The notes below the pieces were generated by a model that had not been told where the DNA came from, did no database searches, and was given only the letters and a program-made list of their open reading frames with translations. Below are positions 10,780 to 20,603 of a stretch of DNA of 48,229 nucleotides, piece by piece. Numbering within the stretch: the first letter of the stretch is position 1; each line of letters opens with the position of its first letter. The stretch spans positions 1 to 48,229 of the forward strand of contig DXJL01000016.1 in the NCBI GenBank assembly GCA_019057635.1. Direction: 5' to 3'. The position numbers and the translations under genes are program-made. The stretch comes from Candidatus Heimdallarchaeota archaeon. Lineage in GTDB: Archaea > Asgardarchaeota > Heimdallarchaeia > Hodarchaeales > Hodarchaeaceae.

Positions 10780-11448
10780 TCAAAGCTTGGTGGAGGATTC
10801 TTTCTCTAATAACTGAAACGTTTTTTCCAAGAGATTGCTAACCTTATGGCGCATTTCTTGTATCGTACCATCACTAATAAGTGTTTGAAGTAATTTTTGG
10901 GACGAGTAATACTCAATTAATGGTTTAGTCTTATTTTCATACGTATTCAAACGTTTTTTTACTGTTTCTTCTGTATCATCCGAGCGTTGAAATAATTCTC
11001 CAGAGCATTTATCACATATTCCTACTTTAGAAGGTCGATTAAATTCAAGATGAAAAATTGAGCCACATTCTTTACAGGTTCGTCTCCCAGTGATTCTCTT
11101 GATTAACAACCCATAATCGACACTGATATTGATTACAAGATCGATATCAGTAATTTTGGCTAGTTGGTTGGCTTGCGCGATATTCCTTGGATATCCATCT
11201 AGTATGAATCCATGTAAACAATCATCTTTCATCAATCGTTCTTTCAATAGTTCAAGCACAATCGCGTCTGGTACCAAGTTACCTGTATTCATGAACTCTT
11301 TAGCTTTCATACCAAGGGTAGTTTTTCGTTTTACGGCGTCTCGTAGCAAGTCGCCCGTACTAACTTGTGGAATTCGGTGTTTTTGAGTAATGAATTTAGC
11401 TTGAGTGCCTTTCCCTGAACCAGGAGCACCTAGAACAATCAACTTCAT
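10780..11448 (-). CDS. adk: Adenylate kinase, long form with Zn-binding lid
   Basis: P-loop 'GAPGSGKGT', 'STGDLLR', 'GFILDGYPR', lid CxxC...CxxC, 'QRSDD'. Confidence 0.96.
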   Translation of the reverse strand: MKLIVLGAPGSGKGTQAKFITQKHRIPQVSTGDLLRDAVKRKTTLGMKAKEFMNTGNLVPDAIVLELLKERLMKDDCLHGFILDGYPRNIAQANQLAKITDIDLVINISVDYGLLIKRITGRRTCKECGSIFHLEFNRPSKVGICDKCSGELFQRSDDTEETVKKRLNTYENKTKPLIEYYSSQKLLQTLISDGTIQEMRHKVSNLLEKTFQLLEKESSTKL

Positions 11449-11463
11449 TTAATAGTCCTTTCC

Positions 11464-12189
11464 TTAGTTAGATACGATTTCATTGTTAAGTTTCAATAAA
11501 ATGTCTCTTGCTTTCGAAGCGTGTTGCTCGTTTATTACAAAGACGATTATCAAGTGATCATCATGCAGCACCATCGTATCGTATATGCTTATGGCTTGAT
11601 CTGCCAAGAGAGAAGATATATGTGCAAGAATACCAGGGATTTCTGCGGCTTGATGTGGTAACATTAATCTTAGAAGGCTAAGTGAATCATGCAATTTAAT
11701 AAAATTAACTCCCGAGAATGCCTTTAGCATTTCTACAAAGTTATTTTCAGCCATTTTTTTAACATACAGCTCTACGCTACTCTGACTTAAATAGGCGGAA
11801 TTAAGATCATCTTTTTGAATCTGCTTGAAAATAAGATCTAGCACTTCTTTACTGTCAACATTTGAAGGTAAATTGATCTTGTAGTGTTTTAACCCATCGA
11901 GTACCTCAGTTGTACCTCGTTTCAGTACACTTTGCACGCGTTTTACTCCAAGAAATTCCTCTTGTTGTTCACGAAGTCGTTTAAGATAGCGGGTTATTGC
12001 TACAGCCACGTTTCCTTCTAATTTAACAGGATCCTTGGTAGAAAAGTCTGTGTTATCAATTAGTTGTGCTTTGATTTTCTTAGCTATTTCTCGTTGAGCT
12101 CTCTTTCGTTGCTGAAGTTCATGAACGAGAGAGGGATCCTGGTCTAAAATTTCATGTACAATTTTAGAGACAGACTTGTCTGTTGCCAT
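11464..12189 (-). CDS. Archaeal ACT-domain protein with N-terminal helical region
   Basis: C-terminal 'EIPGILAHISSLLADQAISIYD' ACT signature. Confidence 0.7.
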   Translation of the reverse strand: MATDKSVSKIVHEILDQDPSLVHELQQRKRAQREIAKKIKAQLIDNTDFSTKDPVKLEGNVAVAITRYLKRLREQQEEFLGVKRVQSVLKRGTTEVLDGLKHYKINLPSNVDSKEVLDLIFKQIQKDDLNSAYLSQSSVELYVKKMAENNFVEMLKAFSGVNFIKLHDSLSLLRLMLPHQAAEIPGILAHISSLLADQAISIYDTMVLHDDHLIIVFVINEQHASKARDILLKLNNEIVSN

Positions 12190-12596
12190 CTCAATTCTCC
12201 ATACGCTTTTTTTATTGTTATAAAAATTGGCCTAAACTCAGTAATTTAAGAAAATTTCACGTTATAACCAGTAAATCTTATTTATTAGCTTGTTTCTACC
12301 AATTTCATGTAGAAACATATGCTAATGCGTCAAATTCGCTTGTATACGCCATGTGTTGGCTTCTTACATTTGTTTTTATTTATTCTGAAAAAAATTACGA
12401 GTAATGAATTTTTATACGTAATTCGAAATCGAGATGACAAATAAGCGGATCCTCACTTTTTTCTCGTCCAAAGAGAATTGAGATTTCCAACAATACACAT
12501 TGTTTTTCCAAAACAATATTAATACTCAATTATCTTAACTCTTGTACGACTAACTTCTCTTACTATTGAATAGACTAGTTTTTTTCATCGAGGAAC

Positions 12597-13343
12597 ATGC
12601 TATTGATGAAACAAGAAACCATTGTTATAATACCAGCCTACAATGAAGAGCTATCACTATCAAGAGTAATCCATCAGTTAGACAAGTATTTTACAAGAAA
12701 ACAGATATTAGTTGCAGATGATGGATCAATCGATAATACACTTTTAATTGCAAGACGTTTAGGAGTCGAAATGGTCAGAAGTCGAAGTAATCAAGGAAAA
12801 GGGTTTATTTTAAGAAAGGCATTTATGGCTGTGATCTCTCAGATGCCAAGCGTTAAATGGATACTAACTCTGGACGCTGATGGACAACATAGTCCCGGAG
12901 ATATACCAAAATTCTTGTCAACTGTAAATGGGGCAAGTGATATCGGTATAGTCAACGGAAAGAGAAAATATCTGCAGATGCCAATTAAAAATCGAGTATC
13001 AAACACTTTGACCTCAAAATGGTGCAATTTTTGGTTGAAATGGAATATTGATGATCTTCAATGCGGATTTCGGCTATATAACTTAAAAGATCTTAAAGAA
13101 ATCATGAACTATGGACTTAAAGGTAGGAAATTTGATTTGGAAACTGAATTATTATATATTGCTTGGTTAAAGAATATTAAACTCATTCAAATTCCAATCA
13201 CAACAATGTATGCAGAACAACGGCGTCGATCTCGTATAAAACCAATATTAGATACACTTCGTTGGGTTTGGTTGGGAGTTAAATTTGGATTTAAACTGGA
13301 GTTTTTTCATAAAATTTGGTTAACAAGAAAAAAATGGGATTAA
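12597..13343 (+). CDS. GT2 glycosyltransferase, DPM1/polyprenol-phosphate hexosyltransferase-like
   Basis: 'IIPAYNEE', 'DDGSID', 'NQGKG', 'DADGQH', 'DLQCGFRLY', 'FDLETELL'. Confidence 0.9.
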   Translation: MLLMKQETIVIIPAYNEELSLSRVIHQLDKYFTRKQILVADDGSIDNTLLIARRLGVEMVRSRSNQGKGFILRKAFMAVISQMPSVKWILTLDADGQHSPGDIPKFLSTVNGASDIGIVNGKRKYLQMPIKNRVSNTLTSKWCNFWLKWNIDDLQCGFRLYNLKDLKEIMNYGLKGRKFDLETELLYIAWLKNIKLIQIPITTMYAEQRRRSRIKPILDTLRWVWLGVKFGFKLEFFHKIWLTRKKWD

Positions 13344-13560
13344 GAGGTAAAAAGCAATTATTAATTAGCCCCGTCGAATTTCTGGACATTTTCTTAACAC
13401 TTCAAAAGAATGGGAAGAAAATAGGGGATTTTTTCCAATAAACTTACTGCAGGTTTATTTCGATTTTTTTATATACTGGATGAAATACACTTATTTCAAA
13501 TGCATAAAGGATGGAATCAGTATATCAGATAATTATCGGGCAGGACAGGGGATTCAATTT

Positions 13561-14109
13561 ATGAAACAAAAATTAGTACTTAAATTAGTTCTTTTAGGTG
13601 ACCCTGGTGTGGGTAAAACTTCTTTAATTTCCCAATTTGTCCATGCCAAGTTTAGAAATTCGTATCAGCTCACTGTTGGTTTAGATATTTCATCTAAGCA
13701 GATTAAATTAGATGATGGTCGTACTGTCACTCTTAGTATCAATGATATTGGTGGACAGGCTCGTTTTGCTGCAATTCGACATATGTTCTTCAAAGGTGCT
13801 CATCTAGCTATGTTCGTTTTTGATGTAACAAGAGCTGACACACTTAGAAACATTGTTGATCCTTGGCATAAAGAACTCATGGAGTTTTGCAGCCAACCTG
13901 ATTCCACAAGATCCGCAATTCAGACTATTCTAGTGGGAAATAAAACTGACCTTGAAGATTATCGTATGGTAGAGGATGATGAAGGAGAAGCCTTGGCGAA
14001 AAAGATTGGTGCCCAAGGATATATTCCCGCCTCAGCGAAAGAGAATCTCCAAGTAGATAACGCTTTCAAACGTTTAGCACAATCTTTCTTCGATCAAATT
14101 CGCAGTTGA
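13561..14109 (+). CDS. Rab-like small GTPase (Ras superfamily; eukaryotic signature protein). The ORF track starts at 13480, but the ATG at 13561 fits the domain start.
   Basis: G1 GDPGVGKT, G2 YQLTVG, G3 DIGGQ, Rab-like 'RFAAIRHMFFKGA', G4 NKTD, G5 SAK; no C-terminal prenylation Cys. Confidence 0.92.
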   Translation: MKQKLVLKLVLLGDPGVGKTSLISQFVHAKFRNSYQLTVGLDISSKQIKLDDGRTVTLSINDIGGQARFAAIRHMFFKGAHLAMFVFDVTRADTLRNIVDPWHKELMEFCSQPDSTRSAIQTILVGNKTDLEDYRMVEDDEGEALAKKIGAQGYIPASAKENLQVDNAFKRLAQSFFDQIRS

Positions 14110-14138
14110 AAACACTACACACACAAGTTTAGAAAAAG

Positions 14139-15014
14139 ATGATTCCATTGGACATTGACTATAGTTTTTTGGATCAGTTTCCTACTTACGTCTTTACAGA
14201 ATTGATGAGAAAGTGGCAGAGCACGTCAATCAATCTTGAATCAAATGGATTATTCTCAAAAGAAAATGTTGAGAAAACCAAATCTATTCTTCATTCACTC
14301 AGTTCCAATCGAATGAGTCACCTACAAAAGCTTGCAGGTACATTAGCTCTCACAGATATTTGGTGGCAAGTATACCAACTTTCTAATCCAATATCGTTAT
14401 CAAAAATCCGCCTAAGACCACAAGAAATAGATATAAGCAAATATTTACCTGAAGATGCTAGCAAAATAACTGGAAAATTCACATTAATTGATCTTTGCGA
14501 GCATGCCCTTCTTTTGGTAATCGATTTTTCATCCAGAACTAGATCATTGCGTGAGTGCTATCGTTATATTTATCTTCCTTCGATCAATAAAATTTTACAA
14601 GAAAAAAAACCGCTTGCTTCTGCTCTATTGGAAGATGAACTGCTCCCATATCTGAGTTCAACCCCTGAGAAGTTTTCTTCTAAACCGATTAGAGCACGCC
14701 TTATAAAAAAGTTAGCTATTTCACCTGATGATCCACAACATCGTTTAAATATCTCTTTACTTAAGATTAGGATCTCTTTGGAGACATCTGGAATAGAGGG
14801 TCTTCAACACATAATTATTGAAGGAGATAATGTTATTAGAGGAGTGGAAACATTAGAACAGAGGCATGAGATTTCCTTAAAATTCATGGATTCTGGACCT
14901 TGGGTTGGCGTTGGGACAACAGATTTCCATATTGAGATACGAAAAGGCATAAAGATTCATCAACTTGAAACTGACACCTTTATGAGACTTAATACTGTCC
15001 TGAACTGGTATTGA
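14139..15014 (+). CDS. Hypothetical protein, possible CENP-N/Chl4-like
   Basis: 291-aa ORF lying 29 bp after the Rab gene and 3 bp before the protease gene. The motif order resembles CENP-N (see findings). The CDS is well supported; the family call is tentative. Confidence 0.6.
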   Translation: MIPLDIDYSFLDQFPTYVFTELMRKWQSTSINLESNGLFSKENVEKTKSILHSLSSNRMSHLQKLAGTLALTDIWWQVYQLSNPISLSKIRLRPQEIDISKYLPEDASKITGKFTLIDLCEHALLLVIDFSSRTRSLRECYRYIYLPSINKILQEKKPLASALLEDELLPYLSSTPEKFSSKPIRARLIKKLAISPDDPQHRLNISLLKIRISLETSGIEGLQHIIIEGDNVIRGVETLEQRHEISLKFMDSGPWVGVGTTDFHIEIRKGIKIHQLETDTFMRLNTVLNWY

Positions 15015-15017
15015 GCG

Positions 15018-17501
15018 ATGAAAGGCAAGATTAGAAAAAGTAGTCTTATTTTTGTGATTTTCTTTGTGACTTCGCTAATTTTTGTTAATTCCTCTCTTAA
15101 AATTGAAAATGGACACTTTCATGGATATAAAACAATTTTCACTGACCAAACAATCCAAGATACTGCAAGCAAAGATAACTTGGATGTCCTGATATTTTTT
15201 AAGAACTCTATACCAGTATTGGAGAAATATGAATCGGTTATCATAAAGAAATACAACCATTTTCCCATTGTGCGATTTCAATTTACAGACGAATCCCGCT
15301 TCATTTCGTTCCTTCAAGAATATAAGAAGAAAATCGTAAGTATAGAATCAATAATTCACTCTAAATCTTCATTTGTTACTGATGGTGGAGAAACAGAGGA
15401 AAAAGTTGATTCAGTACAGTCTATTATTGAATCCACAGGTGCAGAAAAAGTACATCAGTTAGGTTATACAGGTAGTCGAGTTAAAATTGGGATAATCGAT
15501 ACTGGAATTTCAGCTCATGAGGAATTTGGTACAAGAATAAAAGGTAGCGCAGTTTTTGTTTCTCAAATCAATGGTTACTCTCAAGATATAACAAGCACTT
15601 CAGATGAGTGGAGTCACGGTACTCATGTTGCGGGGTTAGCAGCGGGGAATTCATCAGGACTAGCTCCAAGTGCGGAGATATTTAGTGCCAAAGTAATCCA
15701 TTCAACAAGTGTTACAGGTGCTGGAGGTGGAGGAGGGGAAGAAACTACTTTAGGAATATTAGAAGCTATTGAATATCTTATTAACAACACTGTCGATGTA
15801 ATAAATATTTCTCTGGGACAGTACCATAATTTAGGAACTGGAATGCGACAGGAACTTATCAATTATGCCACTTTTGCATATAATATTGTATTCTGTGTAT
15901 CTGTAGGTAATTCGGGATCAGAATATGGTGATAGAGGATCTTTGAACAATCCTTCTACAGCCCTCCAATGTATTGCTGTTACCGCAAGCGACACATCGGG
16001 ACGAACTCTTGCAGATTTTTCTTCTAAAGGACCGAAACCTGACTATTCTGTAAAACCAGATATAACTGCTCCAGGTATCAATGTTTTAGGTCCAAGTCAT
16101 TTAGGAGGAGGATATATGACAAAATCTGGTACATCAATGGCATCACCTATTGCTGCAGGAGCAGCTGCATTGCTTATTGATTATCTCAAAGGAATGAATC
16201 TCTCCTACACTCCAGGCACTATTAAAAGTGCTCTCCTTTCAGGGTCAACAGACATGGGATTTCAGCCATGGAGACAAGGAGCTGGCTTTGTAAATGTGTC
16301 ACGCGCAATAGAGGTGATTCAATCATCACCACTTGTGAATAACACCCCTGATATCCTATATCTTCACCCCCAAGAACTACCAATTGATCCATATGAAATA
16401 TTATTTACTGAGAATAATATAGAATTTAACCTTACAGTAATATCAAGTAGAGTGAAAAAAATAGACTTTGATATTCCAGAGTCTTTGTCAGAAATATTAA
16501 ATTTTCCAGATAGTGGTTTTATTTTGAATAATTCTAAGTTGATCCCGGTACAGTTCAATATTCCTGCGAACTACTCTCCACAATATATCAACAGCTCTGT
16601 AATGGTGGGTGATCAAGAGTTACGGATTAAATTTGAGATAAGGAATCCTGTGGCACGTATTCTATTTGATGAAAGCTATAACCGTATTGTTAAACATGGA
16701 TTTGGTACCGCCGTTTATGAAATTCAAGGAGATGCCTCAAACACGATCGGGATGTATTCTAATTTTGTGAGGTATTTATCGTATGAAAATAATTACTCCG
16801 TTACTCCCAATATTCGTGGAGAATTGACTGAAGAAAACTTAAATGACTACAATGTTGTAATATTAGCTAATCCATTTTCTTTAGCATCGGATATTTATAT
16901 GGATTGGGTTAGTAATCCTGGCACAAGCTTTCTTGCTATTCCTCCCGATTCTATTCAAACCCTCTATGATTTCGTGGATAATGGAGGGGGTCTTCTTGTT
17001 ATAAGTACAGATGACTCTTATTGTGATATTCCAGCTTTAAATAATTTTATGGCCTATTTTGATTTACAAATACAAAATTTGGGGAGTGAGTGGGTCGTAC
17101 AAACTTCTGTGATAAATTCATACAACTGGACCCAACATCTAACCACTATTCCATTTAGAGGTAACTATCTTCAAACAACAGGCTCTCAAACTACAATTTT
17201 TGCCACACATGATGGTAATCCGACTATTGCATCATATACCAGTTTCAGTGGTGGTCGAGTGTTATTATTTGGCTCAGATCTCACATTTGATAATATTGGA
17301 TTCTCTACATATGCTTATCATGGAAATTCTGAACAAAATCGAATAATATCATTTAATGCTGTTGCCTGGTTGGCAAAAGGAGAATATAGAAATTATTCTC
17401 CAAACGATTCTTTGGAATTTCCTGAATTTACTCTTATTCTTGTTATAATCTTCGGTCTTGTTATTTTAGTCCTCAGTTTTCAAATAATAAGGCGGAAGTA
17501 G
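15018..17501 (+). CDS. Membrane-anchored S8 subtilase with Site-1 protease (MBTPS1/SKI-1)-like architecture
   Basis: Signal peptide, prodomain and catalytic triad (IIDTG, HGTHVAG, SGTSMASP). Post-catalytic domain has 'RILFDESYN...GGGLLVI...DIPALNNFM'. C-terminal TM helix plus 'RRK'. Confidence 0.85.
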   Translation: MKGKIRKSSLIFVIFFVTSLIFVNSSLKIENGHFHGYKTIFTDQTIQDTASKDNLDVLIFFKNSIPVLEKYESVIIKKYNHFPIVRFQFTDESRFISFLQEYKKKIVSIESIIHSKSSFVTDGGETEEKVDSVQSIIESTGAEKVHQLGYTGSRVKIGIIDTGISAHEEFGTRIKGSAVFVSQINGYSQDITSTSDEWSHGTHVAGLAAGNSSGLAPSAEIFSAKVIHSTSVTGAGGGGGEETTLGILEAIEYLINNTVDVINISLGQYHNLGTGMRQELINYATFAYNIVFCVSVGNSGSEYGDRGSLNNPSTALQCIAVTASDTSGRTLADFSSKGPKPDYSVKPDITAPGINVLGPSHLGGGYMTKSGTSMASPIAAGAAALLIDYLKGMNLSYTPGTIKSALLSGSTDMGFQPWRQGAGFVNVSRAIEVIQSSPLVNNTPDILYLHPQELPIDPYEILFTENNIEFNLTVISSRVKKIDFDIPESLSEILNFPDSGFILNNSKLIPVQFNIPANYSPQYINSSVMVGDQELRIKFEIRNPVARILFDESYNRIVKHGFGTAVYEIQGDASNTIGMYSNFVRYLSYENNYSVTPNIRGELTEENLNDYNVVILANPFSLASDIYMDWVSNPGTSFLAIPPDSIQTLYDFVDNGGGLLVISTDDSYCDIPALNNFMAYFDLQIQNLGSEWVVQTSVINSYNWTQHLTTIPFRGNYLQTTGSQTTIFATHDGNPTIASYTSFSGGRVLLFGSDLTFDNIGFSTYAYHGNSEQNRIISFNAVAWLAKGEYRNYSPNDSLEFPEFTLILVIIFGLVILVLSFQIIRRK

Positions 17502-17648
17502 TAAATTAATAGCTTCTTTTTGTTCAAATTGGGTAACTTTTTAACTAAACGCAGCTCAAGATAGTTATTCTACGCCAATTAGTGATGATTAGTAATTGAA
17601 ATAGACTTATTAGTCAAGAAACTGAGATATGCGAAACGTGATCTGATA

Positions 17649-18701
17649 ATGAGTCAAGAGCGTATCCAAATTGTGTTAATGAGGATTATCGAGGGGTTTT
17701 CAGATTATTTTGTGTCTCACTTAGAAGAAACTTACAATAAATCTCCAGGTAATATAGAAGTAAAAAATATTACTGTAGAAAAGAAATTAGGTTCGACTGG
17801 CATACATATTGTCAGAGTTGCTCTCGATTCTGATGTAGGTTCTGATGATGCGAGCATTGCTGTAAAAATATATGATAAGTCAGAACAAGCTCTTGAGGTT
17901 GTCAAACGTATCAATATGTTGGAGAAACGCCTATTTGATTATGCAAAGATGGGAATAGCATCTGCATCAGTTATTTTCTTTTCAGGGAGTGTAATTATTA
18001 TGGAAGGAATTCAGGGTGATGTTTTTCGCGAATCCAAAATTCCTAAACCACAAAAATATCGCTATGCGGGCCGAGGATTGGCGGCATTCCATGGTGTGCA
18101 GAAAAATCGTGTCTGGTTTGATAAATATAAGCTATTATTAGCGCGCAGCCTTGAATCCGCACCCTTTTCTGTTGAAAATAAATTACAACTACAAAAAAGT
18201 TTTAACCGTGTTCTTCCTTTAGCTGAACAAGCATCACAACATTCTGGTTGTCCTAGCTTTGGTGATTTTCATCCTGGTAATCTAATCTTTGATATTCGAG
18301 TTGGGAGGAATCCAATGATTCAAACCCATATCATCGATCCTGAGTTTCTAGACATTTCTTCTGAGCATGATCGGTTGGAAGATATCTGTAACTTCTTTGC
18401 TGTAGAAGCAGTAGATCAGTACAGAATGGACAAGACGTTAACTAAGCTTGTAATGAATATTAAGTCATTCTTAGCAGGTTATAACGAAATTCTCGCCCAT
18501 AATCAATCTAGCTTTACCGATTATTATTCTAAGAACTATATCCCCATCAACTTCCACCTAGCATTAATGATCTTGATGAGTATATTGAATATTCAACACA
18601 TGGAGGATATATTTGGTGGTGAGGCAGGTATTCAAAGAGAAATTGCATTACGAAGTAATTTAATTGAAAAATTACTTGAAGACAACTCTTTTCCAGATTA
18701 A
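17649..18701 (+). CDS. APH/choline-kinase-like phosphotransferase
   Basis: 'IAVKIY' Lys, 'LAAFHG', catalytic loop 'GDFHPGNLIF', metal-binding 'IIDPE'. Confidence 0.75.
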   Translation: MSQERIQIVLMRIIEGFSDYFVSHLEETYNKSPGNIEVKNITVEKKLGSTGIHIVRVALDSDVGSDDASIAVKIYDKSEQALEVVKRINMLEKRLFDYAKMGIASASVIFFSGSVIIMEGIQGDVFRESKIPKPQKYRYAGRGLAAFHGVQKNRVWFDKYKLLLARSLESAPFSVENKLQLQKSFNRVLPLAEQASQHSGCPSFGDFHPGNLIFDIRVGRNPMIQTHIIDPEFLDISSEHDRLEDICNFFAVEAVDQYRMDKTLTKLVMNIKSFLAGYNEILAHNQSSFTDYYSKNYIPINFHLALMILMSILNIQHMEDIFGGEAGIQREIALRSNLIEKLLEDNSFPD

Positions 18702-18712
18702 GGGGAATCCTT

Positions 18713-19399
18713 ATGGAACATCAAGTTCTTTATTCTATTGCAGGAATTGCTACGACTATTCTTGTAACTGATGAGGATTTCTTATTATTTTTAGATATAG
18801 GAGATGGGATACTTCGCGATATAGTGGAGAATAAGAATGCATTCCCAATAAATAAGCCTGTTCACATCTTAATCTCTCATGGGCACTTTGATCATTGTGG
18901 AGGTTTGTACTCGTTTCTGGGTTTTTTACGCATGCTTGGTCATAGACAAGTTGTAAGTGTCTATTCACCAGAAGGGAGCAATGAAATTCAAACTATTATC
19001 GAATCCTTCCTTTCAGTGTATAAATCGTCACTCCCTTTTCCATTTGAAGAATTTAGACTATCTCATGGGGATAGGGTAACAATTACTGATCAGGTTGAGG
19101 TTGAAAGCTATCAAATGAAACATCAGGGGTCAATCATCGGAGTGGGAGCAATGTCACCAATTCCATCGTTGGGTTATGCAATCTACTTTAAGGGTGAAAA
19201 ATGGCTAGCATTTACTGGTGATACAGGGTATCATAAAAATACTGAATTACTTGTTGATAATGCATCCTTCGCTTATATTGAAGCAACTAACAAAAATGGA
19301 GAATCTAATTCTTATCATTTGACTCCAGACGAAGCACATAAACTAGGACGTTTGGCAAATAACTATCGCTTAATCCATAATAGATACGAATCTCGTTAG
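18713..19399 (+). CDS. Metallo-beta-lactamase-fold hydrolase, RNase Z-like
   Basis: 'LDIGDG', 'SHGHFDHCGG' (HxHxDH), 'FTGDTG', 'EAT', 'HLTP'. Confidence 0.85.
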   Translation: MEHQVLYSIAGIATTILVTDEDFLLFLDIGDGILRDIVENKNAFPINKPVHILISHGHFDHCGGLYSFLGFLRMLGHRQVVSVYSPEGSNEIQTIIESFLSVYKSSLPFPFEEFRLSHGDRVTITDQVEVESYQMKHQGSIIGVGAMSPIPSLGYAIYFKGEKWLAFTGDTGYHKNTELLVDNASFAYIEATNKNGESNSYHLTPDEAHKLGRLANNYRLIHNRYESR

Positions 19400-19570
19400 T
19401 TAGAACATTTATATCAGTGATATTTAGTACAAATTCACCAATAGAGTTGAAATAGGAAGTTCACCACATAAAAAAACATCAACCCCATACTGATATTCTT
19501 AGCCAGAGAATAGATATTGTTAAAAAAATACTCTTTCAAAATTTAAGCGTTAGTAGTTGTTGGAATTAGA

Positions 19571-20563
19571 GTGCTATCTAGAACTTTCTTAAAAGAAGTA
19601 GAAACAATTCATAATGATACTCATAGTGGAGCCGCTAAGATCGCGGAAAGCTGCTTAATTGCTTTGAAACAAGAGTGTCTGACAACAAGGAATCAAATGT
19701 CCCGATCCTTTTTGAAAACAGCAATTCAGCTCCTTCTCGACACACATCCAATGGCTACAATCGAAAACGCACTTTTACCAATATACGTCCGTCTTGTGCA
19801 ACTTATAGACTCCCCTCATTTAGAGAATGGTGATCCAAAACCAGCTATAGAAATGATCTTCGCAACCAGACGCGAACAATTACGAATTGGTGAAAAACAG
19901 ACACGGGAGACACTGGTTAATACATTGAAACAATTTAAATCAATTTTAACATTCTCTCATTCATCTACTGTTATAAAAGCCCTTTTACAATTAGCACGTG
20001 AAGGATTTACAGATAAGGTTATTTATATTTTAGAATCACGACCCTTGAAGGAAGGAGAACGAACAGCCTATTCCTTAGCTAATGCGGGCTTTAAAAATGT
20101 CGTTCTTGGAATTGATTTAGCGATTCATGAATTCGCTCAACATGCAGAAGCAGCAGTATTTGGTGCTGATATGATACGAGTGAATGGAAAAATCCTAAAC
20201 AAAATTGGATCCGTAACAATAGCAAAGCTATTTCGTGAACTAGGAAAAGAAGTTATTGTTGCAGCGTCAATGGCGAAAATCTGTTTGCGAGGAATTATTG
20301 AAAAGGATCATGGGTGGCATCCAGTTATCCCCCAACGTAATCCTAAAGAAATTTCAAATATCATACATCCAAACTTAACCACTTGGAACAAATATTTCGA
20401 AGTGGTTTCACCTAAACTAATCACGCTTTTAATAATGGACAAAGAGATATTTAAAACACCAATTGAGCAACATTTACCCACATTTATTGAAACTAGTGCA
20501 TTAGCAGATCAAATTGAGAAATTGCGGATTATTTGGAACGAAGTAGATTTCACAATGGTGTGA
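19571..20563 (+). CDS. eIF-2B alpha/beta/delta family protein (aIF-2B / R15P-isomerase-like)
   Basis: 'DTHSGAAKIA', 'LTFSHSSTV', 'ESRPLKEG', 'GADMI...NKIGS', 'NKYFEVV'. Confidence 0.85.
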   Translation: MLSRTFLKEVETIHNDTHSGAAKIAESCLIALKQECLTTRNQMSRSFLKTAIQLLLDTHPMATIENALLPIYVRLVQLIDSPHLENGDPKPAIEMIFATRREQLRIGEKQTRETLVNTLKQFKSILTFSHSSTVIKALLQLAREGFTDKVIYILESRPLKEGERTAYSLANAGFKNVVLGIDLAIHEFAQHAEAAVFGADMIRVNGKILNKIGSVTIAKLFRELGKEVIVAASMAKICLRGIIEKDHGWHPVIPQRNPKEISNIIHPNLTTWNKYFEVVSPKLITLLIMDKEIFKTPIEQHLPTFIETSALADQIEKLRIIWNEVDFTMV

Positions 20564-20603
20564 ATTGATAGATTAAAAAAATAAACACTTCGTATGATAT
20601 TTA

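Noticed and set aside
13480-13560. N-terminal extension of the Rab-like GTPase
   Set aside because: The G domain starts just after the ATG at 13561; the extension has no supporting features.
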